This document shows, in pieces, positions 40,401-52,376 of a DNA stretch of 64,000 nucleotides (positions are counted from its first letter, which is position 1; each line of letters opens with the position of its first letter). The translations under genes and the position numbers were made by a program. The notes beneath the pieces were generated by a model, which worked only from the letters and a program-made list of their open reading frames with translations, had not been told where the DNA came from and searched no databases. The DNA is from Macrostomum lignano (Eukaryota), in assembly GCA_002269645.1 (NCBI GenBank), contig NIVC01001280.1:186001-250000 (forward strand), written 5' to 3'.

Positions 40401-41270
40401 TTGGGGTCGGAAATCTCATCGGCTCATCAAACAACTGCCAGCCCACATCCGCCTTCACTTCCAGTGGGTACATGGCCACGCGGGTATCCAAGGCAATGAG
40501 GACGCGGACCAGGCCGCCCGCCAAGCGCTCGAAATGGATCAGGGCCCCATGACTGTCAACAGCGAAGCAGCGGCACGCGTCACCACCAGGACCCTGCTGC
40601 GGATCTGGTGGAATACCCGCAAAAGGACGCATCCGCTCCGCAGGGACATCCGGGACACGACGATCTGAACCGCTGGGGCCAGGTCATCATTAGCCATCTC
40701 CGCACGCTCCGCACCTCGATCACCAGAGACTCGGTCTACCGCTTCGTTTTTGCTCTGGATGATAGATGAACAGCGTGCGGGGAACCCGATAGCGCAGTTC
40801 ACCTCCTCTTCGACTGGCCGAACTATTAACCGGCGTAGCCAGTTCTGGGGAGGTGGCTTCTGTTGTGGCGTGAGTACTAAGTACTAGTATTGATGAGTAA
40901 TTCAGTTGTATCGTATTTATATTTCCACAATATTCTATTCAACTCAAAAGCATTGCCTAACATATAGCCATTCGGCCAGGTGTATACACCCAACGTGCAC
41001 GCTTTATTTACTAACAAATATAAAGCAGCGGAGTCAGTCGAGACTCCACAATTCTTATTCTCAATTCTCACTCGCATAAAACCCACGCGTTCAATACACA
41101 ACAGCTTCATCGGCATTGACGACATCTTCAGCGGAGACGCGAGCCTCATCTGCCGTTACCTTCGCAGTGTGGGCCGCACGGACCCGCCCATTGATGATCC
41201 TGGCGGACCGACGGCCCCCCACCCCTTGCCCGCGGGCGAGGACAGACGGGAGTGAAAAGAGAGAGAGAAG
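37470..41270 (+). mobile_element. Second Ingi-like/I-group LINE, 5'-truncated, inserted antisense into the first
   Basis: APE C-half (AGDLNA, GSDHLPIV); RT (KAPGPDDI, SYRPI, GLPQGS, LFADDTAI); RNase H (IYTDGS, AELSAI, FTDSR, GHAGIQGNEDAD); degenerate CCHC; A/(AG)n tail. 12-bp TSD aggatctg(g/a)ggc (37458-37469, 41271-41282). Confidence 0.88.
40861..41103. mobile_element. Solo LTR, 243 bp
   Basis: TGTTGTG...CACAACA inverted termini and a 5-bp TSD gcttc (40856-40860, 41104-41108). It interrupts the C-terminus of the second LINE. Confidence 0.85.
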
Positions 41271-44200
41271 AGGATCTGAGGCTGGAGACCGGCTTCGCTA
41301 GTATGATTAGAGAACAGAGCGATGACTCTCTTCGAAGGGTTCAGGGTCAACTTCATCTGGCGACTCCAGCTGGCCACCACGTCGAGGCTCCTGAAGAGAT
41401 CTGGTTGCCACTGCCACAGAGCTGTTCTGGACCCGGATGGCAAGTTCGTCAGCGCAGAGGAACGGAGCGACTCCAGGCGGGCAGACCCGCACCACGCCAT
41501 TAATGAACAGCAGAAAAAGGAACGGGGCGAGCACCGAACTTTGGGGCAGGCCCTGGCGAAGCGGCCCTGGATAGTTCAGGGCACCGTTGATGCAGGTTGA
41601 CGCCCAACGGTCGTTAAGGAAAGCGAAGCACCACCGTGTCAGCAGGAGTGGAGCGCCGAGCTCCAGCATGATCAGGATGTGCGCCTGCCGCTACACCCAG
41701 TCGTAGGCTCTGCTGTTGTCCGAGAGCAAGCAGCGTTCGGATGTGTGGCTTGGCTTGGAAGCTGTCGCTGATCGCTTAGGTCAGTCCCAGGATGGCGTCC
41801 TCGCAGGAGCGCATGCGCTGAAAGCCAGACTGTCAGCAGCTGATCTAGCCGCGGGCCTCGGCGAGGTCGTAGAGCCGACAGAAAATGATGCGCTCCAGCG
41901 TCTTGACGATGCAGGACGATGCGGCTGGCGGGTTTGTCCTGTTTGAGCGGGGGGATGATAGTGGCCTTCCTCCAAGGAGCCGGGACCACGCCAGTCAGCA
42001 GGGACTCGTTGAAGATGTGCAACAAATTCGCCCGGGCACGAAGGCCTAGCGCCTTAACGAAGCTCGGCCAGATGTCGTCAGGGCCGGCGGCGCAACGGCC
42101 GCGGAGCCGAGCAATCGCCGAAACCAGCTGCGCCTCAGAGATGGGGGACTGCGATGGGTCAGCCGCGACGGCCCTGCCGAGAAGTTTGCGGGTTTGACGG
42201 TTGGTCCGCCAGCGGAGGTGGTTGAGGAGGGGGCGTCAGGCGGGCGTCCAGACAGCTGCTTCTGGACCACAATAGGCAGTTGATCGGAGCCCAGGTCCTC
42301 CCCGACCGACCAGTCGGTGCAGTTGGCCAACCGGGGATGCACAATGGTCAGGTCCGGGGAGCTGAGCCCGCTGGTGTTGCGATTGACGTGGGTTGCCGCG
42401 CCGTCATTGCAGGTAATGTTATTGTTCAGGAGCTACTTACTCTTTAAGGGCTTCGCCTCGGGCGTCGGGTGGCTGCACAGGGTCCCACAAGAAGGGGAAT
42501 GGGCGTTAAAGTCGCCGCAGATCAGCGTCCGTCCGCCGGCTCGCAGCAGCTGCCAGGTGGGCGGGGATTTGTCAGCGGCGGCCTGCTCCCGGTGGTCCCT
42601 AGTCGGCGGGGCGTAGAGGTTGACGATGAGAAGCCCGCTGCGGCCACTGGTGTGGACTTCCGGGGCGTCGCTGGTGCCGTCGGCGGCGATGGCAAGGAGA
42701 AAGGTATCCGGTGGATAATGAGCGTAAAGAGCGCCCCCGCTGGCCTGCCCATCGGTGCGGTCCAGGCGGACGGCGGCGAAATCGTGCGGTGGTTTGAAAT
42801 TATCCTAGGGCCGGAGTTTAATTTCTTGGATGACAGCAATGTCAATATCCAGGTTGATCAGCGTGGCGCTAAGCTCGGAGGGCTTGGGCCAGATGCCGTC
42901 CGCGTTCCATTGAAGGATCCCGATTTGCTCCACAGGGCTGCTGGTCGGCCGCAGCAGGGGGGGGCGTGGAACCCACGAAACTTTTAAATTGCCAGTTCCG
43001 GGCCTCAGGGTCGTTGATTATGATCCGCTGGAGCACGCTTTGTGGGCGGCGCGACTGCAGGTAACTCAGCGAAGAGGCGCGGTGTTGGACTGAATGCATC
43101 TGTGCTAGAGGCAGCATTTGGTGGGTGGGTCGGCCGGGTGGCCGTCTGGGCGGGCCGCGGGCTGTCCGTGAAGGAGGTCCGGGTCGCGGCCGCAGGCTTG
43201 TGAGACGGGCACTGCCAGGAGGCGTCACGCCGGTAACGCGAGGACCCGCTGCAGGCGCAGTGTCAGGCCGCGCTACAGCCGGTAGATGCACAGTGGGGGT
43301 GGCGCCCCCCCCCCCTACGGAACTGGCCGCCACAGAGGGTGCAGGAGGTGCACTGGCAGCTCACAGTGGGGTTGGGCGTGAGCGGGGGGCCGTCGGTAGT
43401 CCGATGCAGGTGGCAGAACCAGATCGCAGGCGACTGAGCACGGCAGATTCCGCTGCACGAGGGTTGACGGTGGCAGGTGCTGCTGCAGTGAGGGGCGGCG
43501 CAAGCCAGACCGGGCGTTCCGGAGCGCAAAGCCCGCGAAGAGCGGTCGCAGCGGTCAGAGGCAACGACGGAGTCAGAGCCGGAGTTGCTCTCGATGTCCC
43601 CGGAGCGGCTGAGGCGCAAGCTGCAGGTGCTGACGATGGCAGGCACTGGCTGAAGTTGGGAAGCGGCACTCCACGGCCACCACCGACGAGCCGGGTCCGA
43701 GACCCGAGGCCGGCGTGGTGGCCTGTACGGGTGGCATTTGTCTCTCAATCCGGAGGATGGGTCCGGGTCGCCGTGAAGAGGCTCCTACCATGACCGCGGG
43801 CTGATGCTGTAGCTGGTGCTGTAGCTGATGCTGTAGCTGCTGCTGGCAGCGCTCTTCGGCAACGTTATTGTGTGATGCGCGCGGCTCTCGTACTCGTACT
43901 GGTAGCGATCTAGCTCTGTGGCTGGCCCTACTTGGAGATTCGTCGTGTGACCAGACTGACGCCAGCAAAACTCTCACCCTTCAAACCTGAACAGTGTAAT
44001 CCAAAACGTTCTTTTCCCCCAGAAAAGTATAATATGCATTATTTAAAACGCTATATCACTTAAATTTCGACAGAGTTCATTACCGAAAATATTTTAGCAA
44101 GTTTTGGCGGCTCACATATATTGGGCGAGGCCCAAGTTAAGAAAGCAAAATGAATCACACGCAGTCAGGCAGAGTACATGAGGCATAATCATCCCTAATC

Positions 44201-44535
44201 ACATAAAGTCAGACGCTTTTGCTAGATTTTCTAACTGGTTGTTGAATGCTTTAAAGTCAAGTCTGGTTCCATGGTACGGGCTTTGACCTTGGGTACACTG
44301 GCCTATTGACTCTGACAGTAAGACTAGCTTGCATTCTTTTGCAGCCTCTCCAAGGAGCCAATAGTAAGCGGCATATTCCTAGGGCAATTAGGCGATTTCC
44401 AATGCCAGTATCTACCCATCGAATGAAACCTGGCTACGAGCTTTCATAATTGACCGACGGATGGTGGCCACCAATGTTCTTTGACTTGTACAGCCGATTT
44501 GGGGTCAATAATGTAAGCTTTTCCCAATGTCTCAT

Positions 44536-44649
44536 CAGGGGCGGCGGTCGCCAGAAAAAAAGTCGAAGGGGGACCAAGCGAATTTTCGCTAAAATACAGA
44601 GCCACCCCCTCCGCCCCCTGGCTCCTTACTCTCCAGAATCCGCCCCCCT
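44536..44649. mobile_element. Possible short MITE remnant
   Basis: caggggcggcg ... gaatccgcccccct imperfect inverted ends; no clear TSD. Confidence 0.3.
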
Positions 44650-45929
44650 AAACAAATCTCTTGTTGCACTACTGTGTGTTATCCTTTATAAGTTTTTCTG
44701 AAGTGCACGAATATAAACAGGCTTTTTACTGCAATTTTAGTTGAAAAGATGACTGTTATAAAGTAGCTGTCGCTATCGAAATCTTAACTTTCCTTGGCCG
44801 CAGAGATGCAGCATCACATTTTATCAGAAACTTCTAAGGCCTTGCCTGTTTTTGTGCCCAATAATCTGTGCACACACTCAGTCAAGCAGCGTCTTGTCCT
44901 GCAGGCCTTTTGACACAGTACTGACAGTTTTACGATGCAAGGAACTTCTGACCAACGCTTGCCCCTATCATAGACGGGGAAAATTCCTTAGCCTTTTTCT
45001 TTCCTCAGTTGCTGTGAGCTTTCTTCGGAATCAGAGGACAGTTGCAGCCACAGAAACTACGGTTTTAGGGGTCGAATTGGAAAAAATGAATGCAGGGCAC
45101 TTAGCGAAACATTGTTTATAAATATTGGTTTCGGTATGCAATTTGTATGGATGCAGGTTTGAGGGAAGGCCTGGGGCTAGCCAAGTGGGTTGCGCCGGGA
45201 GAAATATGGGGGGATTTCCCGGGATTCGACTGACAGAATCCAGTGCACCGTGGTTACGGCACATAACCAAAGCTTCATCTATTCATCTGCAGAGGGAGAG
45301 TATCCACTGACTGAATCTGCGCATCTGTCTAAGTTAGTAGAAGATCGAAGGGTAGTGAATCCAAACATAGATCTTTGCAGAATCCAGTGACACGGAAGAT
45401 GAGCTCAATCCGTCAGTCTGTGCTTCCTTCAACCCAGATAGCATTCACGCCACCTTATTTTTCCTGACACATCTATGCATCGAAGTAAGCTCGTACTATA
45501 CATACATGTACTACATTTCTTTCGATACGGTACGAAATCCTGCTACAAAACCTGAGAGTGAAAATTACATTACAAAGCCATTCAAATGCTTGCGGATCCG
45601 GGCAAATTGGCAGCTGCCAGCTACACGGGAATCTCCAGCAAGTCGAACCACCAACTACCTGCTCGCTCCTTGCTTTGCTGCACCTGTTTGCATCCTAGGA
45701 ATTCCAGAACTCTGCACCCGTACCCCTCTCTCCACCAAGCTCTGTTACGAAAAGTTGCATTTTGATTCGAACCTGCACAAGTGTACCCAGACATAGGCGC
45801 AAACTAACACAGTGGGCTGCCTGTCTGTTGACTGACACAGCTGGCAAGTGCTTAATTGGGCACCACCACGTTGCCTCTACTACTACAGCCAGGCTGATGA
45901 ATTGGCGCCCTAGCGAATATTAATCATAT

Positions 45930-46030
45930 ACGCGCGACCAGTTCGAAGAAAATCGGTTCAGCCGTTTTTGCTAAAATCGAAGGCATATACCTACCTACCG
46001 ACAGACCATTTTTAGTATATGGACTGCTAG
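45930..46030 (+). mobile_element. Possible 3' part of a non-autonomous Helitron-like element
   Basis: aaaatcggttcagccgttt followed by a short ctac/acag microsatellite and ttttagtatat. This motif order is seen in Lep1/DINE-like elements; the evidence is weak. Confidence 0.3.
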
Positions 46031-48396
46031 TAAACTCGTACAGCTGAGATCTCAATGGCGGCTTAGAGTAGCTGCTGCACTCTTGCAATGTCTCGTACCT
46101 GTGGGCTACATTCTGGATGCGCAGCCATCTACTTCAGCATTTCAAGGGTATGCAACAACTTCCTCTTCAACACCCATCACTTCATCATAGTAGGCTTTGC
46201 TGCGCCGGAGAATCTTATGATTTCAATGCTACAACCCGCAGCTTATCTCTTCCAGCCTGCCTTACACTGCATCAGATGCCTGCAGCTGATAACAGAATGG
46301 CATTTCATGCAAAGAGTAACGGGTTTATTTAGCGGTCTTTTACGTTTCAGATGCCATCTACGAGTACTCGTGTGATGCCCTTTTTTCGAACTAATTAGCA
46401 TTCTTCGCTCGTTCGTAAGCTCGCAGCTTAATTATTTTATTTGTCATTAAATAGCAGGTTTCTGTAACCTAAAATCGGACTGACTATTCAGGTTCTCCAC
46501 GTTCTCCATTACTAGGCACACATGCTCTCGGAAGGCAATCAATCCAAGGGGCAAGGACACGTCTTCACCAAAACTGCGATTCAGTCTATCCTTACGCGAC
46601 TAGCGTAGTGCTGGGGATGACTCGGCACTGGACGTAACACGCTGTCACCAATGTGAAGACTGGAAACGTGTTTGCCAATAGTAGCAATTTGCCGGCTTAC
46701 AAGCCGAGACGCGTATATTCATCCTATCTATTGCGACAACCCCCGAAGACAACCCTTAATATATACACGCAAACCAGGGGGACACAGCGTAAACTGTGTC
46801 CCATTACTCTCTGCTCATGACATTAAATAGTCAGCGGGTTGCTGTAACCTTCAATCGGATTGAATTTACAGGTTGTCCACGTTTAATTGGTATCTGCTTC
46901 TGCGCTATATCTCCTATATGCAAGCAGTCCGACAGCCATCGATTCCAGTTTATTTTGCCTGGAGAAAACATTACAACACGGTTTCATTCCATAGCCTAAG
47001 TTGACATTTATTGATATACGAGCCATATAATTTTATTCAAAAGGCTTTAGTTTGCTTAGAGTCACTTATTCAACTTCGATTTATTCACGCTTAGATACCC
47101 CCGGTAGCCACTGTAATCAAGCATTGACGAGTGTTCGTTGGTGGATCAAACAGCTCGCTGTGGATAAATGGTAGATGAAGCCCAACAGCCATGCAGGCTG
47201 CGCGCAAGTTCCTGACCGCATCAGCTACCACCACGCGCCCGGCCTCGGATAGCCACGGGGTGCGAAGTCAAACGCGATTTAAGCACGGGACTGGGGCACT
47301 GGGGCCGGACCATTCTATATACCGTAGCCCCAAATGCACACCAGCTCCCACACAAACAGTTCTTCACCCCCCCCCAGCCCACTGGGTCTTTCCATCACCT
47401 CCAGTTTGCCTTTCGGTCTGGCAAACTTTGAGGGTGTTTTGGGGCTTTTAGGGGGGCTGCAACAGTTTCTTTCCTTGCTTCGTTCGTGTTCCTTAAAAAG
47501 TGACCAAAAATCTGTGTTTTCACAGTACGAATCGACCCAATAAAGTGGAAACCAGGAGAGAAATACACCTGTTTTTTTAGGGTTGATATTTCACTACCCT
47601 AACAAGAATCCGAACAATCAGGGGATCATTGCCCGCCACGAGCTCGGCTGGACTGAATTTGTGAGGTAAATAAATACAGTATTTATTAAGTACAGGCTGG
47701 GGAATAACGCGCTAAAGTGTATTCTGAATTCAGCGGATACTCGATCGAGTTGAGAGATTTTTGTGTCCGACCTCCTCCCCTCCCACTCAAATATATTCAC
47801 CGATTGACGAATCCTATGGAATTCCTATAGTCTGAGTAACTTCCTGATTTCTGACGATTCTGGATCATCAGGGCCATCATACTTGTGTCGGAGGAAAAGT
47901 AGCATCGAAAAGTATTCAGCTACTCCATCCATGTATCCCTGTACCCGAAGAATGTGCTTTGATTGGCCCGAGGCTTGAGTGAAGTCACTTATTGGATCTT
48001 GATTGGGATTTTCGAATTTTCTGCGATGCACACAGCAACTGATCAAGCATAGTCAGCATGGCTACGTTTGCTGAAGAAAGAATAATGGGCATTTTGGTGG
48101 GTTTATTTGAGATACTTATTTTGGCGAGAGAACCGGAAAATGAGATGATGAGATGAAATTGTTAAACGCTTTTGTAAGATTTTGGGCATTCTTATATTTC
48201 TAAAACAGCGTTAAAAATATAGTTTACGCTCTTGTATTATTTAAAGTAGCTCTAAAGGATAGCAATAAAGAAATTCGACCGGTGTATGCTTTAATTTAAA
48301 TAGTCGATTACGACTTTACAGGTCTAGCATTGGTGTCTGAACCTGAACCTGTCCTGCTTCTGCTAAAGTAACGGGCGTCAAATCGACAGTTCTCAC

Positions 48397-49136
48397 CTGG
48401 GAAAGTGACCACTGAGCTGCCAATTCCGGCCAGAGCTGGCGTCAAGCAGCAAAGAAAAGCCGAAGTAAAGGCTGGGTAGTCCGAGGAATCCCTGCATGAG
48501 CAGCAGCTGGCACAGACAGTTGATAATGTACAATAGCTTGTAGAAAAGGTACAGGGCAGAAAATCTGCTAGGGCACTTGCCCAGCTGGCTGTAGGTCGTG
48601 CTGCGGCCCAGTAGTGGCTCGACTTGTCTGCTCAATACCGCCACCCTCTGTGCCAGCCGTCCGGAGTCGCCAAGGCCATCACCATCCCAGTCCCGTGCGG
48701 CCTTTGCAGCCGTCTGCACTGCCGAGTGAAGTGGTTTGGCAGCAACTTTCCAGAATAGATGCGGCAAATAGAATCCCATGCTTTGCAGGCTGAGTACTAT
48801 CGGGACCCACTGATAATACGGCAGCACAGCCGACCGCCGCTCGTCCTGCAGCCTCGGTGGGCCCTCCTCAACTGGGCGCGAGGCATTGAAGTACGTGCCT
48901 TCCACCCAGCACAGGTTCTCGGCGTACTCCTCCCATGACTTATCAAACTCCTTCGGCACCCAGCACTGAATTGGTGTGAATACGTATTGCCGGACCCCCA
49001 CCACGCTAGCCAGGATGACGAAAAGGCTGGGGGTCAGGCGGGAACAGAGCCAGTCGAGGTCGTCTTCTGCTTTTAGCTGACCGCTAGCACCTAAGCCGAG
49101 AAGCCGCACCAAGGTGAGCAGAACTTCCGCTCCCAT
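48397..49136 (-). CDS. Innexin, exon 1 (N-terminus, TM1, EL1, TM2, loop, TM3); spliced product about 370 aa
   Basis: EDDLDWLCSRLT, PIQCWVP, YAENLCWV, the YYQWVP signature, GFYLPHLFWK, YLFYKLLYIIN and SGHFPR. An AG|GTGAGA phase-2 donor matches exon 2 (740+373=1113 nt). Confidence 0.95.
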
Positions 49137-50767
49137 GATAATACTGAGGTTCTCAGAACAGAAGTCGCAGAAAACAGTAATGACTGTATGTTTGGTAGCG
49201 TCAGTTCGGATCTCTCCGGATCCTTTCTCTATACCTCAGACAGCCCAGCAACTGATTGGTCTCGTGGTGGATCAACGGCGATTCCGATTCGCTGCGAGCT
49301 ACTGTCTACCCCAATGTTGTTTGGATGTGAATTTTCTGGTACTGGCAACTACTGGCGCTTCAAAAAATTGACCAATTCAGTGTGATTACTATTTAACTTG
49401 GGCTGAATTTCCTTGTTCAAAAAGGTTTGCAACGTTATTACCCTAGTAATAATATCGACGAATGTTACAAGTGCATAAACGTAAATATTGTAGAAAGGAA
49501 ATCAAAATCTATTTGCGGGGAGAATTACTCTAAAATCGAACGAGAAGTGTTTTGCAATCTTCTGGGGCCGCTCACCACTTATGACGCTACCTATCTTCTT
49601 CGCCTGCACATTTATCATCGCTACCGATCACCAGTTGTTTTTGCGCTTAGCCTCTGTTGACTGAGAGACCCTTTGTGAACATGTCTAGCCAGCTGACGAT
49701 TTGAGAATGGGTTTCGTTTTAGCATGCATTTTAACTGTGCATTTCTATTCGGCTTAAAACCGAAGCCTTTTTGTCGTCCACACAACTCTCACACCGACCA
49801 CATGGCTTTGTCTGTAACTTGGAAAGTCAATATATGAATAAAAGGGGTATTGCTCACTTTTTAAAGCAGTGATCAGACACATGTAGACGTGGGTCTTTGA
49901 GGACCCACGCCATCTCATCGTTGCCAACCAAGTAAGTGCGTTGCCCTTCCTGTCTTCTGTCAATCGGTTGCCAGAGGGAGTTGAAGATCCGAGTGTCCTG
50001 ACGCCGACCGAAGTAGACATATCAATACTGTATTGCTTCCTCCGTCCGCCAGCCAGTGCGTCCCGACGCCTCGCTGAAGGCGGCTGGCCTACACCACCGC
50101 GTCCCGCGCGTAGGAAGGCTGCGTGGGTGCGTCCTGACGCTCTGGACTTTGGGAGATTGCACGCACTCGCGCCTGGTCGCAGGCCGGCAAGAACCCGTAC
50201 TGTACTGAATATTTTAGCCTGTAGTACCTACCGTACTGCCTAGACCGGGCTGCAGGGATAGAACAACATGAGAGTAGCATAGAACACAGATCCCATATAC
50301 ACTATATGGGTCACTTGCAGAAAAACCTGTCCCTTTTTCATTGTTCGCTAAGTTTACTTTTTCGTCAAGTAACTTTCGGTTCCAAGGAAAGTAAGATAAC
50401 TTCCTGCACTTGTTCCGGTACCGGTACTTTAAAAAGTAGCTAAAGTAGCTAAAGTAAATAATCATAGCTTTCTTTTACTTCCGGTACCGGTTCTTTCTAA
50501 TTTAAAAGAACCACGAATTAGAAAGTGCTTAAGCTTTTCTTTGTGAAAAAACAAATAACGTGCGTTGGTCTAGAGTTATGCATACAATTATTCCTTAAAT
50601 AAAAATGCTGCATGATTTTTAAATATTATCGCATTTAGGTGAATTAACAAAACACGTTTTGAAAACAGGGACTAGCAGAATAACAGGACGCTACACTCAT
50701 GATCCTTGGAAAAGCTTTTTGAAAGCCGATTTTCAAATGTTGATTATGACTCTTTAGAAGTATGTAT

Positions 50768-51593
50768 TGTCACGTTATTGGCGTAGCGGCCAGCTATGCG
50801 GTGACCCTTAAAAGGGCCGTTTTAGTCCCAAAATAGTTGAAGTCAATTCTTGTAAAGCGGATTTTGTAGCGGAGCACTTGGCGATAAAGGCAGGAACTGC
50901 CGTAGTTGTCTTTATTGTTAATATCAGTATTAAGTTTGGTTGTTACTGGCAATAAACAGACTATAGCTTTCTGGGCACTGGCGGCTGCAGCAATGGGTTG
51001 AATATAATTTGGATATGAAGTCAAGTGGCAGGCGAATGACACAATGGCGACGTGACGTGAGCAGTGGCTATGAGCACCGTGAAGGCAGTGAAACGTAGTG
51101 GTGAGTAGGCGTCGGTCGTGGCGTGAAACAGTCAAGTAAGTGTGTGAGCAGGCTGGCCCAGACAGAAGGGCCGCGGTGAGAAATAAGGAGGCTCGAGGCA
51201 GCCAGACAAACAGATAAGACAGCTAAGAGGCCGCAGGGAAGGAAACAAGGAACAGGCGGGGAGAGACGAAAAAGCGTGAGGGGTGCCCGCCGCCAGGCGG
51301 GGGTTTAATAAAAGAGCGCAGAGGGGGGTAGCGCGAGCACGAGTGATTTCATTGGCTGGCGAGAGAACTTAAAATTATCGATCGTGCCAATTTTATACGG
51401 TTGCGAGAGAGGATAGCAAAATATACAATGAATTATAAATTGCCACAAAATCGTTGGGCACTACTACAAGTAAACGTCGCAATAAACGAATGGAAAAGTT
51501 TAGTTGAAACGGTGAAACTGAAGGGTTGAATGACTATGGAGAACAGCAGTCCAACGGCCCTTTTCGGGACCACCTTAAACTGACAACGTCACA
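50768..51593 (-). repeat. 3' LTR (826 bp)
   Basis: Matches 60215-61041 except for an A/G at 50923/60370 and one G in a G-run (differences found by eye). Confidence 0.97.
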
Positions 51594-51607
51594 CCCGCCT
51601 CCCTTCC
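51594..51607 (-). promoter_or_regulatory. Polypurine tract
   Basis: GGAAGGGAGGCGGG on the - strand, directly abutting the 3' LTR. Confidence 0.85.
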
Positions 51608-52086
51608 GAAAAAGGATAGGGTCGCGCAAAAAGAAAACCAACACGCGGGTCGACGGCAAGAAAAACACAACGTGACCGCAGTTTATGAAATTATAGCAGA
51701 GTGAATTACAGTGGGGTTGAGTCAGTTTGTATGAGCATATGATTACCGGACAAAATTACAAAGTTCCAAAGGCTACAGACGATTACGAGAGCAGAACATT
51801 ACAGGGCAGTAGAACACGGTGAGCACGAGCAATACAACATGGTGGTGTTACAAAAACATTACAAAATACAACAATGGTTACGGAAAGTAGTGCACGACGG
51901 AGCGCGCGGCGCGTGCGAACACAAAAACGACAAAGGACGCGCAGAAGTGATACGATGGATGAGGCAAACACAGAACAAGGATGACAAGGTGGATGAGGCA
52001 AAGGATGCAGAGCAGAGGCACGGAACAGAGGCACAGTCCGGACAACTGCGGGCAAACGACGCCAAGCGTCAAGGGCGGCGGGACAC

Positions 52087-52376
52087 GGCGCGGCGCGCCA
52101 AGGCGGAAGGGAGAACCGGCGCAAGAGCGCCCAAGGCGGAGACACGGCGCAGCGCGCCAAGGCAGAGACGGCGCAATGCGCCAGGCGGAGAACGGCGCAG
52201 CGCGCCAAGGCAAAGACGGCGCAGCGCGCCAGGCAGGAACGGCGCCACGCGCCAAGGCAGGAAACGGCGCAAGGGCGCCACGCGGGAACGGCGCCACGCG
52301 CCAAACAGAGGACGGCGCCACGCGCCAGGCAGAGGGTGGCGCCACGCGCCAGAGGCAGAGGATGGCGCTACGCGCC
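52087..52376. repeat. Minisatellite of about 24 bp, about 12 units, each containing a GGCGC-N3/4-GCGCC palindrome
   Basis: Units start at 52087, 52117, 52146, 52170, 52194, 52218, 52241, 52266, 52290, 52314, 52338 and 52364. Confidence 0.9.

Larger units (their letters stand above)
35620..43950 (-). mobile_element. Ingi-like (I-group) LINE, near full length and degenerate: 2A-like peptide, PHD-like Cys fingers, APE, RT, RNase H and C-terminal CCHC; split by two insertions
   Basis: GDIESNSGS at 43575-43601; APE (IAVIQE, CGDFNAH, LGSDQLPI); RT (GPDDIWP, QGLPQSSVLAP, CADEL). The RT thumb is continuous across the insertion (LQPQIL|LEGTPLSVVPNPRFLGVILD). RNase H PGHCGIPGNEHADRLAK; zinc knuckle EDDTIFHWLCDCP. 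The outer ends are approximate. Confidence 0.85.

Noticed and set aside
35620-41270. Head-to-head LINE pieces as a twin-priming inversion
   Set aside because: The two pieces both contain RNase H with different sequences, and the + element has its own TSD; the - pieces join seamlessly across it.
50794-51135. 113-aa ORF duplicated at 60241-60582
   Set aside because: It is simply an incidental ORF within the two LTR copies, with no recognisable domain.
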